From NCBI GenBank assembly GCA_015660855.1, contig JACSDG010000028.1:8685-72684 (forward strand): DNA of 64,000 nt, in the 5' to 3' direction. The notes beneath the pieces are model-generated. The model searched no databases, had not been told where the DNA came from, and saw nothing but the letters and a program-made list of their open reading frames with translations. The translations under genes were made by a program, and so were the position numbers. The DNA is from Magnetococcales bacterium. Its GTDB lineage: Bacteria > Pseudomonadota > Magnetococcia > Magnetococcales > UBA8363. Below are positions 44,855 through 54,003 of this stretch, piece by piece. Within the stretch, counting starts at the first letter, position 1. Every line of letters begins with the position of its first letter.

Positions 44855-46424
44855 TTTGGGTGCAGAGGACATGATTGACGAGGCCCCGTTGTTTCTGGCT
44901 GAAGAAACAGTGACAAGGCCGGGTCATTCCGTGAAAAAAAGTGCCTGGAAAGTCCTGGTCATTGATGATGATCGCAGCGTCCATGAAATAACTTCGATGG
45001 TTTTGCGGCGTTTCAGTTTCGAGGATCGAGGGCTGGAACTGGTTTCGGGCTATTCCGGCAAAGATGCGCAGCTATTGATGCGTGAACACCCCGACACAGC
45101 GGTTATCCTGTTGGATGTGGTCATGGAGAGCGAACAGGCGGGTCTGGATGTGGTGCGTTATGTTCGCGATGCGTTGAAAAACCAGAAGGTGCGAATCATC
45201 CTGCGCACAGGCCAACCAGGATACGCACCCGAATTGGAAGTGATCACCGGATACGACATCAACGATTACCGGGAAAAAACCGAACTGACCCAGGACAAAC
45301 TGATTACGGCAATCATCACGGCCTTGCGATCCTTTCGGGATCTGGTTTCCATCGACAACAACAAGGTTGGATTGGAAAATGTCGTGGAAGCTACCGGGGT
45401 TTTGTTTGGACCTCGTTCGGAAAAAAAATTAGCTCTGGATGTGTTGGGACGTCTGGATGGCATCCTTGGTTTGGATGCGGGGGATTCGGTTATCCCGTCC
45501 TCGGGCTTTGCCGCACGGCAGGAGGGCGGAAAATGGTCGATTTACGCCGGGATGGGTGAATTTGAATCCGGTGTTGGCCAGGACATTTTTGGGACGGTCT
45601 CACCCAATGTAAGTGCCATGGTGAATTCGGTGCTCCAATCGGGTCGGTATGCTTGCGAAGCCAACAGGTACGTTGCCACCTTCAAAGACCACAATCAACG
45701 GGCAAACATTTTGTTTTTTCAGGGCCAAGAAGAACTTACCGACATGGATTGCCGTTTGTTGGAACTTTTCATGGCCAATGTGGCGTTGGCTTTTCGTAAC
45801 ATTGGCCTAAATCGGGAAATCTTTGAAACCCAACACGATATTGCATTCACTTTGGGAGAGATCATCGAGGCTCGTTCCCACGAATGTGGCAGCCATGTCA
45901 AGCGGGTGGCCGACTGTGCCCAATTGATGGGGGAATTGGCAGGCTACCCGGAACATGAAGTGGAGCTGTTGCGGCAGGCTGCGGCGTTGCATGATCTGGG
46001 AAAAGCGGTCATCAGCGACCAACTGTTGCAAAAATCTGCCCCCCTGGAACCGGACGAGTTGGCACAGATACGCGGACATGCCACGGTGGGTTTTCATATT
46101 CTCAAGAAAAGCCGGCACAAGGCCATGCAGTTGGGAGCCACAGTGGCCCATCAGCATCATGAACGTTGGGATGGCAAGGGTTATCCGCAAGGATTGCGGG
46201 GTGAGGAAATTCACGTTTTTGCCCGAATCGTAGCCTTGATGGATGTTTTTGACGCCATCACCCATCATCGGGTTTACAGGAACGCCTGGCCCAGAGATGA
46301 AGCATTGTCTTACATAAAAAAGTCCCGTAAAACGCTTTTTGACCCCGCCTTGGTGGATCTATTTTTTGCCCATCTGGAAAAATTTTTGGCCATTCAGGAT
46401 AAAACCCCCGACAGGAAGGAATAA
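44847..46424 (+). CDS. Response regulator with an HD-GYP output domain (RpfG-like c-di-GMP phosphodiesterase)
   Basis: REC domain (VLVIDDD...ILLDVVME...ILRTG) and HD-GYP (AAALHDLGK...HHERWDGKGYPQGL). ATG 44847 overlaps the kinase stop by 8 nt (ATGAATAA). Confidence 0.88.
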   Translation: MNNLGAEDMIDEAPLFLAEETVTRPGHSVKKSAWKVLVIDDDRSVHEITSMVLRRFSFEDRGLELVSGYSGKDAQLLMREHPDTAVILLDVVMESEQAGLDVVRYVRDALKNQKVRIILRTGQPGYAPELEVITGYDINDYREKTELTQDKLITAIITALRSFRDLVSIDNNKVGLENVVEATGVLFGPRSEKKLALDVLGRLDGILGLDAGDSVIPSSGFAARQEGGKWSIYAGMGEFESGVGQDIFGTVSPNVSAMVNSVLQSGRYACEANRYVATFKDHNQRANILFFQGQEELTDMDCRLLELFMANVALAFRNIGLNREIFETQHDIAFTLGEIIEARSHECGSHVKRVADCAQLMGELAGYPEHEVELLRQAAALHDLGKAVISDQLLQKSAPLEPDELAQIRGHATVGFHILKKSRHKAMQLGATVAHQHHERWDGKGYPQGLRGEEIHVFARIVALMDVFDAITHHRVYRNAWPRDEALSYIKKSRKTLFDPALVDLFFAHLEKFLAIQDKTPDRKE

Positions 46425-46531
46425 ACGGTGTAAGTTCTCGACTGACTCGGCACCTTTGTGCCTGCAGGCTGATGCGTTGGCTTTCTGGCATCGGTAAGGT
46501 TAACTCTATAAAGACTAAGAATAAAATTCCC

Positions 46532-47380
46532 ATGAAAGATAACAACACTATGGATGCCTACCCGCCGTCGTTAAGCTTTGTTGCGCCGGACTGGCTGGAA
46601 GCTGCCCTGGGTGATGCCCGTCTTCGGATTGTGCAACTGGATGGAGAAAAATATTACCAACAGTTTCACATACCCGGTGCCGCACAGACCGCCTATGCCC
46701 GACTGGTGACCAAACGCAACGATATCCCCGGGATGATGGCCGACCTTTCCGACTTAGTGCCGGAAATAGAACGTCTGGGGATTGGCAATGCCACCCCTGT
46801 GGTCGCCTATGACCTGACGGGAGGTTTGGATGCCGCCCGATTTTTGTGGACCCTGGCCTCGTCTGGCCATACTGGTTTTAAAGCTGTCCTCGACGGTGGA
46901 TTGTCTGCGTGGTATTCCCAAAAGCGCAGGATGGAATCGGGGATTGCAACGTATGAAACAGTGGCGTTCCAGGGCAAAATAGATGCCCGTTGGCTGGTTG
47001 GACACAAAGAAGTGTTGGCCATCTCCGAGGGAAAAACAGACGCACTTTTGGTAGATACCCGTTCGGCCAAGGAATACCAGGGATTGACGATCCGTGCCCC
47101 CAGAGGCCATATCCGGGGCGCACGACATTACGATTGGACCGACAGTTTGATCGATCCGAAGGATATGCGTTTGAAGGATCCGGGGAAGATCAAGGGACAA
47201 CTGGACAGGATCGGGATTTCAGATACGACGCAGGAGATCGTTCTGTATTGTGAAACGGCCCACCGGGCGGCCCATACATGGTTGTTGCTGAGACATCTGG
47301 GTTATGAAAAAGTCAGACTTTATGACGGCTCCATTGCGGAATGGCGGGTGTTGAACCTCCCTGTGACCATGATGGAATGA
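46532..47380 (+). CDS. Tandem-rhodanese sulfurtransferase (SseA/thiosulfate sulfurtransferase-like)
   Basis: Two rhodanese modules with the catalytic loop LYCETAHRAAH in the second. The start is set to ATG 46532 (MKDNNT). Confidence 0.82.
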   Translation: MKDNNTMDAYPPSLSFVAPDWLEAALGDARLRIVQLDGEKYYQQFHIPGAAQTAYARLVTKRNDIPGMMADLSDLVPEIERLGIGNATPVVAYDLTGGLDAARFLWTLASSGHTGFKAVLDGGLSAWYSQKRRMESGIATYETVAFQGKIDARWLVGHKEVLAISEGKTDALLVDTRSAKEYQGLTIRAPRGHIRGARHYDWTDSLIDPKDMRLKDPGKIKGQLDRIGISDTTQEIVLYCETAHRAAHTWLLLRHLGYEKVRLYDGSIAEWRVLNLPVTMME

Positions 47381-47442
47381 ACCCTATCAGGCTGTGCGTC
47401 ATTCACCGCCTGGCTGTTGGATTTTTTTAGGAGACAACAAAC

Positions 47443-48843
47443 ATGTTTGATACACTTTCCGATCGACTGGACCAGGTGTTCAAGGTTTTGAAGGGTCAAG
47501 GTTCGTTGAGTGAAAAAAACATGGAGGACGCCCTGCGTGAAGTGCGGCGCGCCTTGTTGGAAGCTGACGTCCATTTGACGGTGGTGAAGGAGTTCATCAA
47601 CAGGGTTCGGGAAGAGGCGTCGGGGCAAAAGGTGTTGAAATCCCTGACCCCAGGTCAGCAGGTCATCAAGGTGGTGCACGATGCGTTGGTTGCCATCATG
47701 GGGGAGCGCAACGAGCAACTCAATCTGGCAGCGCAACCGCCGGTGGTGGTGATGATGGTCGGGTTGCAGGGGTCGGGCAAGACAACCACCACAGGCAAGC
47801 TTGCCAAAAGAATGCTGGAGCGGCACCAAAAGAAAAGTTTACTGGCCTCGTTGGACGTGTACAGACCCGCGGCCATGGACCAACTGGCGACGGTGGGCAA
47901 AGGGGCGGGAGTGGATGTATTTCCCGGTCGGACCGATGCCAATCCGCGCGAGATTGCAACACAAGCCCTTGAGGCGGCCCGTCGCGGCGGGCAGGACATT
48001 TTGTTTCTGGACACCGCAGGTCGGTTGCATATCGATGATGACCTGATGCAAGAACTGCAAGACATTAAAGACTTGGTGAATCCCCTGGAAATTTTGCTGG
48101 TGGCCGACGCCATGACGGGTCAGGATGCAGTGGGGATAGCGCGCAGCTTTGACGAACGGTTGAACATTACCGGGGTGATTTTATCCAAGACCGATGGCGA
48201 TGCCCGTGGGGGAGCCGCGTTGTCCATTCGCCACGTCACCGGCAAGCCCATCAAGTTTGTGGGTACGGGTGAAACCTTGGCGGGTTTGGAACCTTTTCAT
48301 CCCGACCGAGTGGCTTCGCGAATTTTGGGGATGGGGGATGTGGTCAGTCTCGTGGAGACGGCCATGGAAAATGTGGACATCCTGGAGACGGCAAAACTCC
48401 AGGAAAAAATCATGACTTCGTCCTTTACCCTGGAAGATTTTCTGGTACAGTTGCAGCAGATAAAAAAAATGGGACCCCTGAGTGAAATCATGGCGATGAT
48501 CCCCGGCTTCAAGCAGGCGATGAAGGGGAAGACGCTGGAGGGAGACGAAGGCCAACAACTCAAGCGGATCGAAGCCATCATTTTATCGATGACTCCCCTG
48601 GAACGGCGGAAGCATCAAATTTTGAACGCGTCGAGAAAACGGCGGGTGGCCAGTGGTTCCGGAACCAGCGTTCAGGAGATCAACCGGTTGCTCAAGCAGT
48701 TTGCAGACATGCAGAAGATGATGAAAATGTTTGGTAAAATGGGAGCCAAGGGGGCATTGCGCAGTGGCTTGGCGGGATTGGGTTTACCCAAGGGGTTCAA
48801 CCCGGGCGGAATGAAGTTGCCGGGGATGGGGCCGAAGAGATAG
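47443..48843 (+). CDS. ffh: Signal recognition particle protein Ffh
   Basis: MFDTLSDRL...; GLQGSGKTTT; DTAGRL; the M-domain; and the Met-rich C-terminus QFADMQKMMKMFGKMG. Confidence 0.95.
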   Translation: MFDTLSDRLDQVFKVLKGQGSLSEKNMEDALREVRRALLEADVHLTVVKEFINRVREEASGQKVLKSLTPGQQVIKVVHDALVAIMGERNEQLNLAAQPPVVVMMVGLQGSGKTTTTGKLAKRMLERHQKKSLLASLDVYRPAAMDQLATVGKGAGVDVFPGRTDANPREIATQALEAARRGGQDILFLDTAGRLHIDDDLMQELQDIKDLVNPLEILLVADAMTGQDAVGIARSFDERLNITGVILSKTDGDARGGAALSIRHVTGKPIKFVGTGETLAGLEPFHPDRVASRILGMGDVVSLVETAMENVDILETAKLQEKIMTSSFTLEDFLVQLQQIKKMGPLSEIMAMIPGFKQAMKGKTLEGDEGQQLKRIEAIILSMTPLERRKHQILNASRKRRVASGSGTSVQEINRLLKQFADMQKMMKMFGKMGAKGALRSGLAGLGLPKGFNPGGMKLPGMGPKR

Positions 48844-48845
48844 GC

Positions 48846-48874
48846 TTGACTTTTCGCGCAAGCACCAACATAAT
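48846..48874 (+). promoter_or_regulatory. Candidate sigma70 promoter of the rpsP-rimM-trmD-rplS operon
   Basis: TTGACT (48846..48851), 17-nt spacer, CATAAT (48869..48874), about 90 nt upstream of the rpsP ATG. Confidence 0.4.
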
Positions 48875-48965
48875 GCGGCGTTTTTATATCTTGTTTCTTT
48901 AGCTCATGGGAAAAGCTCGGTTTCCACTTAAGGGGGCCGGCACTATCGAAAGGACGATTCATAAC

Positions 48966-49217
48966 ATGGCTGTGCGTATACGGATGCAGCGTCGGGGTTC
49001 CAAAAAGAAAGCTTTTTATGCCGTAGTGGCGGCCGACTCCCGCATGCCCAGGGATGGCCGTTTCCTGGAAAAGCTGGGGACGTTCGATCCCCGTCTGGAA
49101 TCGGGCGGACTCAATCTTAATATGGACCGGATCAACCACTGGATCAACGCAGGTGCGCTACCCACGGAAACTTTGGCCAAGTTGCTCAAGGGCGCAGCTG
49201 CTGAAGCTAAAGCTTGA
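48966..49217 (+). CDS. rpsP: 30S ribosomal protein S16
   Basis: MAVRIRMQRRGSKKKAFYAVVAADSRMPRDGRFLEKLGTFDP. Confidence 0.93.
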   Translation: MAVRIRMQRRGSKKKAFYAVVAADSRMPRDGRFLEKLGTFDPRLESGGLNLNMDRINHWINAGALPTETLAKLLKGAAAEAKA

Positions 49218-49765
49218 GTCAGAGCTTAAAAGACTCCGGGGAATCACCAGAGCACCAGGGGCGGTGGATCGAGGTAGGTCGGATCCTTGGACCCTTTGGC
49301 GTCGAAGGGGCAGTCAAGGTTCGCTCTACCATGACCCGTCCCGCTGACCTGGATCAATGGGCAACGTGGTGGTTGGGGGAAGACCGGTCCGAAAAGACGG
49401 AACACAGGGTGCTTTGGTGCAAAACCCACAGCAGGGGACTGGTTGTCCGGTTGGAAAAGATCGATGATCGCGATCAAGCCGCCGGAATGGCGGGAAAATC
49501 CATCTGGGTGCCCCGGTATCAGCTCCCGGCATGCGACCAGGACAGCTACTATTGGACCGATCTGGTAGGGATGGATGTCAAAGATCGGTCGGGTCGCACC
49601 CTGGGGCGTGTGGATCATCTGTTTGAAACCGGTGCCCAAGATGTCATGGTCATCGTGGGTGAGTTTGGCCAGGAGGTGCTAATCCCCTTCGTGGCGGACT
49701 TTGTCGATGCCGTAGATCGGAACCAAGGAACGATCATCGTCAATCCCCTGCCGGGCATGGTTTGA
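49214..49765 (+). CDS. rimM: 16S rRNA processing protein RimM
   Basis: VGRILGPFGVEGAVKV...; the PRC barrel region; and operon position. The only start available is TTG 49214, which overlaps the rpsP stop. Confidence 0.85.
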   Translation: MSQSLKDSGESPEHQGRWIEVGRILGPFGVEGAVKVRSTMTRPADLDQWATWWLGEDRSEKTEHRVLWCKTHSRGLVVRLEKIDDRDQAAGMAGKSIWVPRYQLPACDQDSYYWTDLVGMDVKDRSGRTLGRVDHLFETGAQDVMVIVGEFGQEVLIPFVADFVDAVDRNQGTIIVNPLPGMV

Positions 49766-49786
49766 TGTGCCGGAAAGATGAGGTTT

Positions 49787-49953
49787 GGCAAAAATTTTTG
49801 CGGGGGTCCGGGGGGGATCATCCCCCCCGGCGGAGGTTTGGAGGCGGAGCCTCCAAGGTTTTGATTTTGAATTAAAACAAAAAAGCTTTCTTGCCTACGG
49901 GGGTTTGGGGGCGAAGCCCCCAAGGTTTTGGTTTTTGCCCGAAGAGCATCATG
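49787..49953 (-). repeat. NH-REP, composite full copy in reverse orientation, between rimM and trmD
   Basis: Tail, H3 (GGGGGGGATCATCCCCCCC), H2 (TTGGAGGCggaGCCTCCAA), AT-rich spacer, second H2 variant, then H1 (TGCCCgaagaGCA). Reverse complement of the 13317..13449 arrangement. Confidence 0.9.
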
Positions 49954-49989
49954 TTCTCCGTCGGCGTGGCGTGGGGAAGGTCTGGAAAG

Positions 49990-50766
49990 ATGCGGTTTAG
50001 CATCGTGACCCTTTTCCCGGAAATGTTTTCCGGGGTTCTTGGGCATTCCATCCTGGGCCGGGCGGTTAAAAACCGGCATCTGGAAATCGAGCTGGTCGCC
50101 TTGCGCCATTTCGCCAAGGATCGCCATCGGACGGTGGACGACACCCCTTTTGGAGGCGGCCCGGGGATGGTGATCAAAGCCGATGTGCTGGAGCAGGCCC
50201 TTTTCGGTATTGCCCAGTGGCACGAGGCGCATGTGGTCTATCTGTCGCCCCAGGGGAGAAAGTTCGACCAGGGTGGCGCGGTGCGTCTGGGTGGGTATGG
50301 GCATGTCATTCTTTTATGCGGTCATTATGAAGGGGTAGATGACCGATTTGTGGAACGGTATGTGGATGAGGAAATTTCCTTGGGGGATTTCGTCCTGACC
50401 GGGGGAGAAGTGGCGGCCATGGCGGTGGTGGATGCCACGGCGCGGTTGATCCCTGGGGTATTGGGAGATGTGGAAAGTTTCCGCAACGATTCGTTCTACC
50501 ATGGTCTCCTGGACCATCCCCATTATACCCGCCCCGCTTCCTGGACCGTTGCGGGTGGCGTGGTAGAGGTTCCGAGAGTTTTGTTGTCGGGACATCACGA
50601 AGCCATCGAACGCTGGCGCAGACGCCAATCGTGGCTGCGTACCTGGATTCGCCGACCCGATTTGCTGGAAACAGGACGTCTGACCAAAGAAGAACGACGT
50701 TTGGTCATGGCTTTAAAGCAGGATATGGAACAGTTGAATCCCGAGGAGAAAACCCTCCTTGAATGA
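49990..50766 (+). CDS. trmD: tRNA (guanine37-N1)-methyltransferase TrmD
   Basis: MRFSIVTLFPEMF...DDTPFGGGPGMV...LLCGHYEGVDDRF...SLGDFVLTGGE. The start is moved to ATG 49990 because the upstream track ORF codons are NH-REP sequence. Confidence 0.93.
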   Translation: MRFSIVTLFPEMFSGVLGHSILGRAVKNRHLEIELVALRHFAKDRHRTVDDTPFGGGPGMVIKADVLEQALFGIAQWHEAHVVYLSPQGRKFDQGGAVRLGGYGHVILLCGHYEGVDDRFVERYVDEEISLGDFVLTGGEVAAMAVVDATARLIPGVLGDVESFRNDSFYHGLLDHPHYTRPASWTVAGGVVEVPRVLLSGHHEAIERWRRRQSWLRTWIRRPDLLETGRLTKEERRLVMALKQDMEQLNPEEKTLLE

Positions 50767-50883
50767 ATCGGCTGGATCATTGTAAAGGTAACAACACATT
50801 CCGAAATGAAAAGCAGTGCCGGTCCCTCTTTTCATGCGTCACACGGATGGGATCAACGGTCGGCAGTGGCGGGACAGGTAGCC

Positions 50884-51231
50884 ATGAACGAAATGATAAA
50901 GTTTGAACAAGCCCAAATCAAAAACAGTCCCCCTGTTTTCCGTCCTGGGGACACCTTGCGTGTACACGTAAAGGTCTCCGAAGGCGGTCGTGAAAGGGTG
51001 CAGATTTACGAAGGTGTGTGCATCGGACGGCACAACGCCGGGTTCCGTTCCACCTTTACGGTACGCAAGGTTTCTTTTGGTGAGGGTGTAGAGCGGGTGT
51101 TTCCCTTGCATTCGCCAAGACTGGCCAAAATTGAACGAATCCGCCAGGGCGACGTTCGCCGCGCCAAGCTGTATTATTTGCGAGGTCGTACCGGCAAGGC
51201 GACGCGCATCAAGGAAAAACGCGACTGGTAG
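50884..51231 (+). CDS. rplS: 50S ribosomal protein L19
   Basis: [31 protein letters not shown]...[21 protein letters not shown]...I..I. Confidence 0.93.
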   Translation: MNEMIKFEQAQIKNSPPVFRPGDTLRVHVKVSEGGRERVQIYEGVCIGRHNAGFRSTFTVRKVSFGEGVERVFPLHSPRLAKIERIRQGDVRRAKLYYLRGRTGKATRIKEKRDW

Positions 51232-51283
51232 CGGTCTCTTGGTGGCACGCGAAGGTGGAAATCTGGTCGCGCCATACGGGTGA

Positions 51284-51958
51284 ATGGCTGTGAAAAGAAA
51301 GCCCGACCTGGAGGTTGAGGGGGGACTGTGGAGAGAGGGCAAAGTCCACGTCTGTGGTGTGGACGAGGTGGGGCGTGGGCCGTTGGCGGGTCCGGTGGTG
51401 GCGGCAGCGGTGGTTTTTTCGCCGGGTCTGGAGTTGTCGTCGGAGCTTCCGGGTTTGGACGATTCAAAGCGGTTGACCCCAGGGCAACGGAGTTTGCTGG
51501 AGGAAAGGATACGTCGGGTCGCAGTGGCCGTGGGGGTGGGCCAATCCGACGTTGCCGAGATCGACCGCCTCAACATACGCCGTGCCAGCCTTCTGGCCAT
51601 GAAGCGTGCAGTGGAGTCTCTTTCCCAAAAAACGTCATCGCTTCTGCCGGATTTTCTTCTGCCAGATTTTCTTCTGATAGACGGGAGGGATCTTTTGGAG
51701 CAGTGCATCATTCCCTCCATGGCGATCAAAGGTGGGGATGGGACATCAGCCAGCATCGCCGCCGCCTCCATCATCGCCAAAGAAACCCGGGATCGCCTCA
51801 TGTGTGCCCTCGCCGAGGAATGCCCGGGATACGGCTGGGAGCGCAACATGGGGTACCCCACGCAAGAACACCGCCAAGCACTGACAAAACAGGGCGTAAC
51901 CCGCCATCACCGCCATACCTTCAAACCCGTGGCGGACGTTCTTGCTAAAGAAACGTAG
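51284..51958 (+). CDS. rnhB: Ribonuclease HII
   Basis: GVDEVGRGPLAGPVVAAAV...DSKRL...; ASIIAK; GYGWERNMGYPTQEH. Confidence 0.9.
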   Translation: MAVKRKPDLEVEGGLWREGKVHVCGVDEVGRGPLAGPVVAAAVVFSPGLELSSELPGLDDSKRLTPGQRSLLEERIRRVAVAVGVGQSDVAEIDRLNIRRASLLAMKRAVESLSQKTSSLLPDFLLPDFLLIDGRDLLEQCIIPSMAIKGGDGTSASIAAASIIAKETRDRLMCALAEECPGYGWERNMGYPTQEHRQALTKQGVTRHHRHTFKPVADVLAKET

Positions 51959-51972
51959 TTTTATGTGTCAGC

Positions 51973-52065
51973 CTAAAGAATTTTGATCAAAGTGGCCATG
52001 GCACCAATGGCCACGACCATAAGCCCTCCAAGTTTGATAACCATGCGATCCTCCAAAGCTTTCAT
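51973..52065 (-). CDS. 30-aa hydrophobic peptide (detached DUF1640-type C-terminal TM helix), copy 1
   Basis: The ATG overlaps the stop of the upstream coiled-coil ORF (ATGA). Product MKALEDRMVIKLGGLMVVAIGAMATLIKIL. An identical copy lies at 52596..52688. Confidence 0.5.
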   Translation of the reverse strand: MKALEDRMVIKLGGLMVVAIGAMATLIKIL

Positions 52066-52433
52066 GTCGTTTCTTTCATTTCGTGGCGCAGATTGGTTTC
52101 CATCTCCTTTATTTCGCGACGAACAAGCTCAATATCATGTTTGAGTCCGACGTCCATCTCCTTCATTTCGCGACGAATAAGCTCAATATCATATTTGAGT
52201 CCGACGTCCATCTCCTTCATTTCGCGACGAATAAGCTCGACATCATGCTTGAGTCCGACTTCCATCTCCTTTGTGTCGCGTCGGATCAGTTCAACGTCCA
52301 ACTTGGTCGCAAGCCGTTCTTCCATGAACTCGACGATGGTTTCGGCCTGAACTTCCGCCTGGGCCTCAGTAAAACCAGCCGACTTGAGCTTTTTGGTATA
52401 CGCCAATGAGTCAAACATGATCGGTGCACTCAT
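52062..52433 (-). CDS. DUF1640-like coiled-coil protein, copy 1 (lacks the usual C-terminal TM helix)
   Basis: MFDSLAYTKKLKSAGFTEAQAEVQAETIVEFMEERLATK is the DUF1640 N-terminal pattern, followed by 18-aa repeats DVELIRREMKEMDVGLKH. The start is set to ATG 52433 (GGGAGGA 5 nt upstream); the track ORF extends to 52550. Confidence 0.7.
   Translation of the reverse strand: MSAPIMFDSLAYTKKLKSAGFTEAQAEVQAETIVEFMEERLATKLDVELIRRDTKEMEVGLKHDVELIRREMKEMDVGLKYDIELIRREMKEMDVGLKHDIELVRREIKEMETNLRHEMKETT
52100..52315 (-). repeat. Four tandem 54-bp units inside DUF1640 copy 1
   Basis: CCATCTCC unit starts at 52100, 52154, 52208 and 52262. Confidence 0.9.
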
Positions 52434-52542
52434 GAAAATTCCTCCCTGGCAGGATGGTATCTCATAACATCCAGGACAGTCCATTGGTTTCGAAGCTGGC
52501 CCATCCATGACAATGCGAAAGGAATCAGATACGCTAGGGCGT

Positions 52543-52590
52543 GTTGACATTCAATAATCTCCCCCCCTTGGAAAATTATTGAATGTCAAC
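52543..52590. promoter_or_regulatory. Perfect 16-bp inverted repeat with a 16-nt loop between the two DUF1640 modules
   Basis: GTTGACATTCAATAAT-(ctcccccccttggaaa)-ATTATTGAATGTCAAC. On the minus strand the downstream arm contains TTGAAT, followed 17 nt later by TATCTG, a possible promoter for copy 1. It lies 5 nt after the copy-2 peptide stop. Confidence 0.35.
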
Positions 52591-52595
52591 AGGCC

Positions 52596-52688
52596 CTAAA
52601 GAATTTTGATCAAAGTGGCCATGGCACCAATGGCCACGACCATAAGCCCTCCAAGTTTGATAACCATGCGATCCTCCAAAGCTTTCAT
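52596..52688 (-). CDS. 30-aa hydrophobic peptide, copy 2
   Basis: Same sequence and same ATGA overlap as copy 1. Confidence 0.5.
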   Translation of the reverse strand: MKALEDRMVIKLGGLMVVAIGAMATLIKIL

Positions 52689-53053
52689 GTCGTGCGCAGA
52701 CTGGTTTCCATCTCCTTCATTTCGTGGCGCAGTCTGTTTTCCATCTCCTTCATTTCGTGGCGCAGATTGATTTCCATCTCCTTCATTTCGCGACGAACAA
52801 GCGCAACATCATGCTTGAGTCCGACTTCCATCTCCTTCATTTCGCGACGAACAAGCTCGACATCATGCTTGAGTCCGACGTCCATCTCCTTCATTTCGCG
52901 TCGAATCAATTCAACGTCCAGCTTGGTCGCAAGCCGTTCCTCCATGAACTCGACGATGGTTTCGGCCTGAACTTCCGCCTGGGCTTCGGTGAAGCCGACC
53001 GACCTGAGTTTTTTGGTATACGCCAATGAGTCAAACATGCTCGGTACGCTCAT
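52685..53053 (-). CDS. DUF1640-like coiled-coil protein, copy 2
   Basis: MFDSLAYTKKLRSVGFTEAQAEVQAETIVEFMEERLATK, then 18-aa and 11-aa repeats. ATG 53053 is preceded by GGGAGGA. Confidence 0.7.
   Translation of the reverse strand: MSVPSMFDSLAYTKKLRSVGFTEAQAEVQAETIVEFMEERLATKLDVELIRREMKEMDVGLKHDVELVRREMKEMEVGLKHDVALVRREMKEMEINLRHEMKEMENRLRHEMKEMETSLRTT
52708..52935 (-). repeat. Tandem 33-bp (x2) and 54-bp (x3) units inside DUF1640 copy 2
   Basis: CCATCTCC unit starts at 52708, 52741, 52774, 52828 and 52882. Confidence 0.9.
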
Positions 53054-53301
53054 AAAAATTCCTCCCTGGCGGGATGGTATCTCATGACATCCAGGATAGT
53101 CCATTGGTTTCGTAGCTGGCCCATCCATGACAATGAGAAAGAGGTCAGATACGCTAAGCGTTTATTGACGGTTCCATGATGGTCTGGTTTGATGATAGAG
53201 TGGGAGTTTGGATTTTTGTTTTGACAACCTTCCGCAAAAGCCAACCGATCCGAGGGATGGAGTAAAGCTTTTGCGGATCCAAATTTTGTTAAGGATCAAG
53301 C

Positions 53302-54003
53302 ATGGAACAGCAAATCAACCTTGTGGGCAAAACCGATCCGGAAGCTTTTTCCCTGTTGGCGACCCAATTTGCAAGCACCAGTGCCAAAGATGCCCTCGTT
53401 GTAACCCTGGGCAACAACGGAGAGGGGATATTGATTCCGTTTCAGGATCGGTTTTGGGGCGAATTTGAATGGCACCCCCTTCATGTTGGCCCCCCCTCCT
53501 GGCAGTTCATTCTGACAAGGAGTCCGACCAAATTGTCGAAAAGGACCATCGGTGAATTTCTTGGCGCGGACCACCACCGTTGCGATGAACTGTTCATCCA
53601 AATGGAGAATGCTTCCCAAGCCAAGGATGTCACCGGCGCAACGACCTGCTTTACTCAATTTAAAATCGGAATGAATCAACACTTCGCCATGGAGGAGACT
53701 GTTTTTTTTCCCGCTTTTGAACGCGCGACCGGAATGACTCAGGGACCGACCATGGTCATGCGCATGGAACATCGACAGATGCTTGGGTTGATTGGTCAAG
53801 CGGCTCAAGCTTTGGAACAGGGAAAATGGGAGGGGGTCAGTCGTGCAGGCTCCACCCTGATGATTTTGATGCGTCAGCACAACATCAAGGAAGAACAAAT
53901 GCTTTATCCCATGGCGGACCAGCATATGGGAGACGCCGATGTCCTGGTCCGATCCATGCAGAAACTCGCACCGGTCAATCCATCAACCGGTCCCGGAAAG
54001 TAA
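53302..54003 (+). CDS. DUF2249-like domain + hemerythrin (HHE cation-binding) domain protein
   Basis: The N-terminal half follows the DUF2249 pattern (...FEWHPLHVGPPSWQFILTR). The C-terminal half has hemerythrin-like His/Glu motifs (HHRCDELF, HFAMEETVFFPAFE, MRMEHRQM, HNIKEEQMLYP). Confidence 0.72.
   Translation: MEQQINLVGKTDPEAFSLLATQFASTSAKDALVVTLGNNGEGILIPFQDRFWGEFEWHPLHVGPPSWQFILTRSPTKLSKRTIGEFLGADHHRCDELFIQMENASQAKDVTGATTCFTQFKIGMNQHFAMEETVFFPAFERATGMTQGPTMVMRMEHRQMLGLIGQAAQALEQGKWEGVSRAGSTLMILMRQHNIKEEQMLYPMADQHMGDADVLVRSMQKLAPVNPSTGPGK

Noticed and set aside
50839-51861. 340-aa ORF on the minus strand
   Set aside because: Antisense to rplS and rnhB, both clearly identified. Arg/Ser/Pro-rich translation with no motifs.
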